A stretch of DNA of 20,850 nucleotides from a virus, in IMG/VR virus record IMGVR_UViG_3300024259_000179. One strand, written 5' to 3'. Shown here one piece after another: positions 15,171 through 20,850 of the stretch. A program made the position numbers and the translations under genes. Every line of letters starts with the position of its first letter. Position 1 is the first letter of the stretch. A model generated the notes under the pieces. The model ran no database searches, was not told where the DNA came from, and saw only the letters and a program-made list of their open reading frames with translations.

Positions 15171-16861
15171 TGTCACGAAACAAACCATTGCCTCGCAATC
15201 AACGAGCAACAGTAAACAGAGCTCGTCAATACAAAAGAGATAAAGATGAAATAAAGGATATATCCGTTAGTTTGATGGATATGGATTCTGCTATCATGTA
15301 TTATTTCACCGAAGTGATTAAACCAACAGTTACGGATAACGGTGAAACGGTAAAAGTTCCAATTATGTATGCATCACCAGAACGATGGTTTGCAATACAA
15401 AAAACTGGTTTTATGCGAGATAAGAAAAGACAACTTATATTACCTGTTATAGCATTCAGACGAACTGGAATGGAAAAAGATGATACTATGTCAGTTGATA
15501 AAATGGATCCAAACGAACCAAAATTACACTGGCAGTTCGAGAGAAAATATACAGATGCTAATAGATACGATAATTTTTCAGTTCAACAAGGATTAATTCC
15601 ACAGAGAGAATATTATAATGTAGCAGTTCCAGATTATATGGTAATAACTTATGATTTTATCATTTGGACTACATATATTGAACAAATGAATAAATTGATA
15701 GAACGGATAAATTGGTCAGCGGGAACATATTGGGGTGAACCAGACAAAATGAGATTTAGGACCAATATAGATAGTTACACAGATAGTACGGAAGTTTCAG
15801 ATAAAGAGAGAATAGTAAAAACTGAATTTAGTGTTACATTAAGGGGATATTTGATTCCAGAAGCATTTAACGAGTTAGCCGGACCTCACACAATGCAGAA
15901 ATACCTTACTCCAAAAACACTTTCCATTGGCACGGAAACGGATGTGGAAGTTGCTTCATTGATGGATCAACTTGGTGGTGGAGAACCAGTCCCAACTTCA
16001 ACTGGCAATTTAACACAGGGGCGAAGTGGTCCAATAGTATTAGATCACGGATTTTCTTTATCAGCTGGACTTGGTGTCACTATTACAAATGAGGGAACGA
16101 TATTTACAGGAGTAGACCCACTTACAAATACAATATCAATACCACAAGTAGTAAATACAACAGCAGATGTGCAATTCAATACGGTAACTTCATCAGCATT
16201 TCTCATAGGATCACAAACTTACACTACAAGTGGGGTAGATGGTGATTGGACCGTTACTGGTTCTCTATCTTCAACTGGAAATTTAACTGTAAATGGTAAT
16301 GTCACAATTGGTGGAACATTAACTGCACAAGAATTTCACACAGAGGTGGTTTCGTCGTCAATAATTTTTTCAAGTGGTTCAACAATATTTGGTGACAGTA
16401 TTGATGATACACACCATTTTACAGGAAGTATGTATATTTCAGGATCGTATGAGTTGAATGGATATAGTGTAAATGAAATATCAAATGATACATTACTGAC
16501 TGATAGTAGTACAACAGTATTAGTTACTGAAAATGCAGCAAAACAATATATAGATACTGTTTCAACCAATGCCAGTGGGCATTCTATTTATATACGGAAA
16601 CAATTTGTTAAAATATCTAATTCTTTAGTTGGAAATAATACTGCAAGTTTCACTGCCGTAACAGCATCAGCTCCGGGTGGTCTAACTACGACATCTGAAG
16701 ATGATTTTTTATTTTTCATTAATGGGCAATATATGGAACATGACGCACTCACAATTCAACAGTCAGGTATATCATTTTATTTACAAGTAGATACGGATAG
16801 CATTGGTTACGTATTAGAGAGTGATGATGAAATTCTCGCGTGGGGTAAGTTTAATTCATAG
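15170..16861 (+). CDS. Tail terminator or completion protein (gp15-like N-terminal ~260 aa) fused to a fibre-like C-terminal domain, 563 aa
   Basis: VKVPIMYASPERW, ILPVIAFRRTG and VPDYMVITYDFIIWT are gp15-like; the C-terminal ~280 aa is G/S/T-rich and paralogous to 16871..17713. Confidence 0.65.
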   Translation: MSRNKPLPRNQRATVNRARQYKRDKDEIKDISVSLMDMDSAIMYYFTEVIKPTVTDNGETVKVPIMYASPERWFAIQKTGFMRDKKRQLILPVIAFRRTGMEKDDTMSVDKMDPNEPKLHWQFERKYTDANRYDNFSVQQGLIPQREYYNVAVPDYMVITYDFIIWTTYIEQMNKLIERINWSAGTYWGEPDKMRFRTNIDSYTDSTEVSDKERIVKTEFSVTLRGYLIPEAFNELAGPHTMQKYLTPKTLSIGTETDVEVASLMDQLGGGEPVPTSTGNLTQGRSGPIVLDHGFSLSAGLGVTITNEGTIFTGVDPLTNTISIPQVVNTTADVQFNTVTSSAFLIGSQTYTTSGVDGDWTVTGSLSSTGNLTVNGNVTIGGTLTAQEFHTEVVSSSIIFSSGSTIFGDSIDDTHHFTGSMYISGSYELNGYSVNEISNDTLLTDSSTTVLVTENAAKQYIDTVSTNASGHSIYIRKQFVKISNSLVGNNTASFTAVTASAPGGLTTTSEDDFLFFINGQYMEHDALTIQQSGISFYLQVDTDSIGYVLESDDEILAWGKFNS

Positions 16862-16870
16862 GAATATAGA

Positions 16871-17713
16871 ATGCCAAGACAATTAAATAGTTCATTAACA
16901 ATAGTAGGTGGAACAGGAGTAACTGCATCAAATAGTGGTGTAGGATTTGATGGCACTGAACAGATGACACAAGAAATTTCAGTAGGAAATGATATTAGAA
17001 CTATTGGAAATGTACAATTTAACCAAATAACATCAAGTGGATATTTATTTGATACTACAACTCTTACTGGAAATGGAAGTTGGAATTCTAATTTTACTAA
17101 TACGGGTAACATGGGAGTTACTGGAAATTTAACCATTCCGACAAGTGCAACCGTTGGTGGTATAGTAATAGCAGAAAAAATTACAGCAGAATTAACTTCA
17201 TCTGGAGTGATATTCAATTCTGGTTCAACCATATTTGGTGATGATATTAACGATACTCATTATGTTACTGGTAGTGTATATAATAGTGGATCAATTTCAT
17301 TATTGGGATATAATATAACAGAAATATCAAATGACACATCTTTAACAGATAGTAGTACGACAGCATTAATTACCGAAACTGCAATAAAGACATATACTGA
17401 TACTGAACTTGGAACACTTGGACAACCAACAATTGCAGATTTATATTTAAGAAAAAGATTTACAAAATCGGTGTCGTCAATATCAAATAATACCGCAAGT
17501 TTCACTGCTGTAACAGCATCAGCACCAGGTAGTCTAACATCAACTACGGAGAATGATTTTATATTTTTCATAAATGGAAATGTAATGGAACATGATGCAT
17601 TAACAATAGAACAAAATGGTTCAACATTTCTATTAAAAGTTGATGGAAGTGGTATAGGATATAATTTACATAACGACGATGAAATAAGAGCATGGGGAAA
17701 ATTCAATGATTAA
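16871..17713 (+). CDS. Fibre-like structural protein, 280 aa; paralog of the C-terminal domain of 15170..16861
   Basis: Shared blocks VQFN, SGSTIFGD..DDTH..TGS, EISNDT.LTDSSTT, NNTASFTAVTASAPG, DF.FFING..MEHDALTI and DDEI.AWGKFN. Confidence 0.75.
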   Translation: MPRQLNSSLTIVGGTGVTASNSGVGFDGTEQMTQEISVGNDIRTIGNVQFNQITSSGYLFDTTTLTGNGSWNSNFTNTGNMGVTGNLTIPTSATVGGIVIAEKITAELTSSGVIFNSGSTIFGDDINDTHYVTGSVYNSGSISLLGYNITEISNDTSLTDSSTTALITETAIKTYTDTELGTLGQPTIADLYLRKRFTKSVSSISNNTASFTAVTASAPGSLTSTTENDFIFFINGNVMEHDALTIEQNGSTFLLKVDGSGIGYNLHNDDEIRAWGKFND

Positions 17714-18098
17714 ACTAAAAAAATTATTAAAAGAATGGAACGACACTTCATTTAGAGATTTACCAAAACGATGGTCTAAACCAGTAATGAAAGGTGAGAA
17801 TGCAGACGGTCTTACAGAATTTGAACGGATTGGTGTAGAACTCGGTAAACTTTATACGGATAAAGACAGACCTGCATTTAAAACTCCAGCTCAAATCAAA
17901 GAAGATAAACTAAACGAAATGGACGATGATAAACGAGCATTTCTAATGTTAAAAATATATGGTCAAAGTTGGGGAGTTAATATGGGAAAAGTATTTTCCG
18001 GCATCAACAAAGGTAAGCCTACAATGATAAAAAAGGGATTAAAGGAAATTAAAATACTCAATAAAAAAATTGAAGAAATGATAGAAGATTTGGTTTAA
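17706..18098 (+). CDS. Putative head-internal protein, 130 aa
   Basis: Leader MIKLKKLLKE, like that of 462 and 2038; internal KLNE. Confidence 0.55.
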   Translation: MIKLKKLLKEWNDTSFRDLPKRWSKPVMKGENADGLTEFERIGVELGKLYTDKDRPAFKTPAQIKEDKLNEMDDDKRAFLMLKIYGQSWGVNMGKVFSGINKGKPTMIKKGLKEIKILNKKIEEMIEDLV

Positions 18099-18123
18099 TA
18101 CCATATTGTTTTTACTATAATTT

Positions 18124-18133
18124 TATATTTATA
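18124..18133 (+). promoter_or_regulatory. TATATTTATA motif, putative late promoter
   Basis: Intergenic exact copy. Confidence 0.45.
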
Positions 18134-18136
18134 GGT

Positions 18137-18280
18137 ATGAGAATATACAAAGTAACAAACAATAAAAACGGAAAAGTTCAATATAACACGGCTAAGATGC
18201 ACAAAACACTTAGTGAAAGTGCTAATAGAGGGTGGGAAACGAGAAGAAGAAATGCGAAAGCGACACTGGAAAAATCGTAA
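18137..18280 (+). CDS. Possible 47-aa peptide with a GIY-YIG-like N-terminus (not in the ORF track)
   Basis: ATG 18137 to TAA 18280 gives MRIYKVTNNKNGKVQYNTAKMHKTLSESANRGWETRRRNAKATLEKS; IYKVTNxxNGKV resembles the first GIY-YIG strand but the YIG is absent. Confidence 0.35.
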   Translation: MRIYKVTNNKNGKVQYNTAKMHKTLSESANRGWETRRRNAKATLEKS

Positions 18281-18539
18281 GAACCGGCCGTGTCCAGACT
18301 GTAGAAGAATGTTGACTTATACTAGAAAATGTTCATTTGATTTGGCGGTAGGTAATAATAGTGTATGTAAGTCGTGTTCAAAAACAGACAGAAAACTCAC
18401 TATGGAAACCATTGAGAAAATGAAAAAACCAAAAAGTAAAACCCATAAGAAGAATATATCACAGGGAATGACTTTGTGGTGGCAAGAAAGGAAAACACAA
18501 GAGGAAATTGAATGGCACTCATTAGATCAAAACAATTAA
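18252..18539 (+). CDS. Small zinc-ribbon and NUMOD3-like basic protein with no nuclease domain (start ATG 18252, or GTG 18213)
   Basis: CPDC-x21-CKSC followed by TMETIEKMKKPKSKTHKKNISQGM. Confidence 0.6.
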   Translation: MRKRHWKNRKNRPCPDCRRMLTYTRKCSFDLAVGNNSVCKSCSKTDRKLTMETIEKMKKPKSKTHKKNISQGMTLWWQERKTQEEIEWHSLDQNN

Positions 18540-19201
18540 ATCATATACTATCTGGTTCATTTTCCGTTACTGGAAATTTAAATGTAACTGGAAGTAATAC
18601 CACTGGTTCATTTGGAAGAATAGAATCCAATACCATTTCTGCAAGTTTGATTGACGTGGATGCTACAACATTACGAATCGGTGGATCTGAATTAAATAAA
18701 ACGATAGTAGATAATCTAATCGGTTCATTTGCCGATGCATTACCTAATAATATGGTTATTAGTGGTTCAATGTATTCTACTGGTTCATTTGGAAAGGTCA
18801 AGGCAACAAGATTTTATGGTGATGGAATCGGATTGACCAATATTAGTGCAGATTCCATAAATGGTCAATTGGGTATATTTTCACCTACTGGTTCAATACA
18901 ATCAACCACAAATAATTTACAAATAACAGGCTCAATGAAATTAACTGACGCATTCACCCACGGCAGTACAACATGGAATGCCATTGGTGGGAATATGAGT
19001 ATAACTGGGTCAGATTTTATTTGGAAATCTACTGGTGGTGAATTTGGTGTTTATGATAATAGTGATGCTCTAATGTTTAAGATTGAAAATAATGTTGCGA
19101 TATTGGGCGCGTTAAACACAACACCTTCAGCTACAGCAGGCGGGATATTTTATTCAGGATCCGATGAATGGTTTATGGGATTTGATAGTAACCCAGTATA
19201 A
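18512..19201 (+). CDS. Gly/Ser/Thr-rich virion structural protein, 229 aa
   Basis: Many TGS/SGS motifs (TGSFG twice); lies in the structural cluster. Confidence 0.6.
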   Translation: MALIRSKQLNHILSGSFSVTGNLNVTGSNTTGSFGRIESNTISASLIDVDATTLRIGGSELNKTIVDNLIGSFADALPNNMVISGSMYSTGSFGKVKATRFYGDGIGLTNISADSINGQLGIFSPTGSIQSTTNNLQITGSMKLTDAFTHGSTTWNAIGGNMSITGSDFIWKSTGGEFGVYDNSDALMFKIENNVAILGALNTTPSATAGGIFYSGSDEWFMGFDSNPV

Positions 19202-19231
19202 ATGAGATATATACAGAAAATTCAAAATGAG

Positions 19232-19241
19232 TATATTTATT
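19232..19241 (+). promoter_or_regulatory. TATATTTATT variant of the late-type motif
   Basis: Intergenic, 39 nt before ATG 19281. Confidence 0.4.
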
Positions 19242-19280
19242 AACAATAAACTAATAATAGTTTAATTAGGGAGAATAATA

Positions 19281-20723
19281 ATGGCACAATGGAAAAAAGT
19301 CATAGTAAGTGGTTCGTCCGCTGTACTTTCAGGTTTAACACTTGATACACAACTTGCTGTAGGACAAGGTGGTACAGGGGCCACAACACTTACAGACGGT
19401 GGTGTGTTATTAGGAAGTGGAACAGGAGCAGTAACTTCAACCGCGGTTTTAGCTGACGGTCAAATGTTGGTTGGTGACGGATCAACGGATCCATCACTTG
19501 AAAGTGGGGCAACATTAAGAACAAGTATTGGAGTTGGAACAGCAAACAATGTAGAATTTGCAAACACAACAGTAAATAATTTAATAAATGATTCAACGGT
19601 AGCGGCCTCCCGTATTACTGGTTCATTTACTGGATCATTCGTAGGTGATGGTAGTAATTTAACTGGAGTCGCTCAAGATATTGAATTATTAGGAACATAC
19701 GGAGCCGCAACTCTACATCAAACAGAAGATAAATTTTTAGTATCTGATAATGGAACTGAAAAATCTATTACATTTAGTAATTTAGAAGATAGTGTATTTG
19801 CAAATGTTAGTGGTGATGCAACAATAGCAGCAGGTGGAGCTTTAACAATAGCTGCAACCTCTGTCGAAAATAGTATGTTAGCTGGTTCAATCACAAACGC
19901 TAAATTATCGAATTCAACGATTAGTGGTGTAGCACTCGGTAGTAACTTGAATAGTCTATCTGTAACTGCTAATGGTGGTATTGGACTGACATCATACAAT
20001 GGTTCAGCCACAGTAAGTGATTTGGCATTAGATATCGATGGAATGACTGATATTGGAGCAGCTTTAGTTGACTCTGATTTGTTTATAGTAGATGATGGGG
20101 CTGGTGGAACAAACAGAAAATCTACATTGGGTAGAATACCTACTTATTTAGTTGATCACACAAGTTTAACATCATTAACTTCATTGACTGCAGTTGGAAC
20201 AATTGCAACCGGTGTTTGGAATGGAACATCAATTACAGATGCAAATGTAGATAATGATTTAACAATTAGTGGTGGTACTGTGAATAATAGCATTATTGGT
20301 GGAAGTACAGCAGCAGCAGGTACATTCACATCATTAACAGTAGATAATGATTTAACTGTTACTGGTAATTTAGATGTAAATGGAACAGTAACAACAATTA
20401 ATTCTGCAAATTTAGCAGTTTCTGATAAGTTTGCAATATTCGCAAGTGGTTCAGCAACATCAACCGATGGTGGTATTATTGTTCAAAATTCAGCATTAGC
20501 TGGATATGCATTAGGTTGGGATAGTGGAAACGGTAAATGGGCATTTGATAATAATTTAGTTGGTACGGCTACAGCTTTAGTCCCAGATGCTTATGTTGGT
20601 GTAATTGAAACCGGAACTGGTGCTGGAGATAGTCAAGGTGCTCCTGTTTATGGTGGAGCAACAAACGGAGTTGGAACTATATACGTTGATACAAACGACA
20701 GTGAAATCTGGATTTACGCATAA
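19281..20723 (+). CDS. Tail-fibre or spike-like structural protein, 480 aa
   Basis: G/S/T/A-rich with beta-repeat-like segments (GGTGATTL, DLTVTGNLDVNGTVTTINS, VSDKF); GGGAG RBS. Confidence 0.65.
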   Translation: MAQWKKVIVSGSSAVLSGLTLDTQLAVGQGGTGATTLTDGGVLLGSGTGAVTSTAVLADGQMLVGDGSTDPSLESGATLRTSIGVGTANNVEFANTTVNNLINDSTVAASRITGSFTGSFVGDGSNLTGVAQDIELLGTYGAATLHQTEDKFLVSDNGTEKSITFSNLEDSVFANVSGDATIAAGGALTIAATSVENSMLAGSITNAKLSNSTISGVALGSNLNSLSVTANGGIGLTSYNGSATVSDLALDIDGMTDIGAALVDSDLFIVDDGAGGTNRKSTLGRIPTYLVDHTSLTSLTSLTAVGTIATGVWNGTSITDANVDNDLTISGGTVNNSIIGGSTAAAGTFTSLTVDNDLTVTGNLDVNGTVTTINSANLAVSDKFAIFASGSATSTDGGIIVQNSALAGYALGWDSGNGKWAFDNNLVGTATALVPDAYVGVIETGTGAGDSQGAPVYGGATNGVGTIYVDTNDSEIWIYA

Positions 20724-20745
20724 CACTAAATAAGAGGTTACAAAT

Positions 20746-20850
20746 ATGGCACTAAACGCTAAAGGTGGTGTTAAAATAATAGAAGGTAAAGCTTATATTC
20801 ATCCACTATCTATTCAAGAGATAGAATTTTTATTAAATTTACTTGCAAAT
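20746..20850 (+). CDS. Hypothetical protein, 3'-partial (MALNAKGGVKIIEGKAYIHPLSIQEIEFLLNLLAN...)
   Basis: GAGGT RBS; the frame is open to the end of the window. Confidence 0.6.
   Translation, partial: MALNAKGGVKIIEGKAYIHPLSIQEIEFLLNLLAN

Noticed and set aside
15900-17713. Diversity-generating retroelement template/variable repeat pair
   Set aside because: Differences between the paralogs are not adenine-specific, both copies are full ORFs, and no reverse transcriptase is present.
16336-20011. Minus-strand ORFs 16336..16569, 16807..17232, 17260..17706, 18541..18801, 19390..19596 and 19718..20011
   Set aside because: Antisense shadows of G/S/T-rich structural genes; the similarity between 16336 and 17260 just reflects the sense-strand duplication.
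1-20850. Stop-codon reassignment (TAG or TGA recoding seen in some large phages)
   Set aside because: Conserved genes are full length under the standard code, and TAG (2023, 16861) and TGA (5479, 11535) fall at plausible gene ends.

Overview
AT-rich segment of a large T4-like (gp23-type capsid) tailed phage genome. All credible genes are on the + strand, read in the standard code, and most have Shine-Dalgarno sites (AGGAG). Order: a cluster of basic, Lys-rich small or modular proteins sharing N-terminal leaders and [LIV]-x-E motifs (putative head-internal proteins, 1-3958); ribosomal protein bS21 (3979-4245); a 5'-truncated homing-endonuclease-like gene; an acidic prohead scaffold (5664-6947); the major capsid protein (6988-8607); an accessory island (8702-12059) with an HNH gene, sigma70-type promoters including a perfect 52-bp direct repeat, small ORFs and a lipoprotein; neck/head-completion genes (gp13/gp14/gp15-like) with a Vsr/DUF559-like endonuclease inserted between the first two; and Gly/Ser/Thr-rich fibre-like structural genes. 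The most notable observations are (i) a putative capsid-cargo system, with shared targeting leaders and a polyprotein of modules separated by ESVNE-type protease sites, (ii) bS21 embedded in a Shine-Dalgarno-led late operon, (iii) a recurrent intergenic TATATTTATA motif that is the reverse complement of the T4 late promoter, and (iv) a gp15-like protein fused to a ~280-aa domain that is duplicated as the next gene. No tRNA, rRNA or CRISPR array was seen. All product calls are by-eye motif recognition without database searches.
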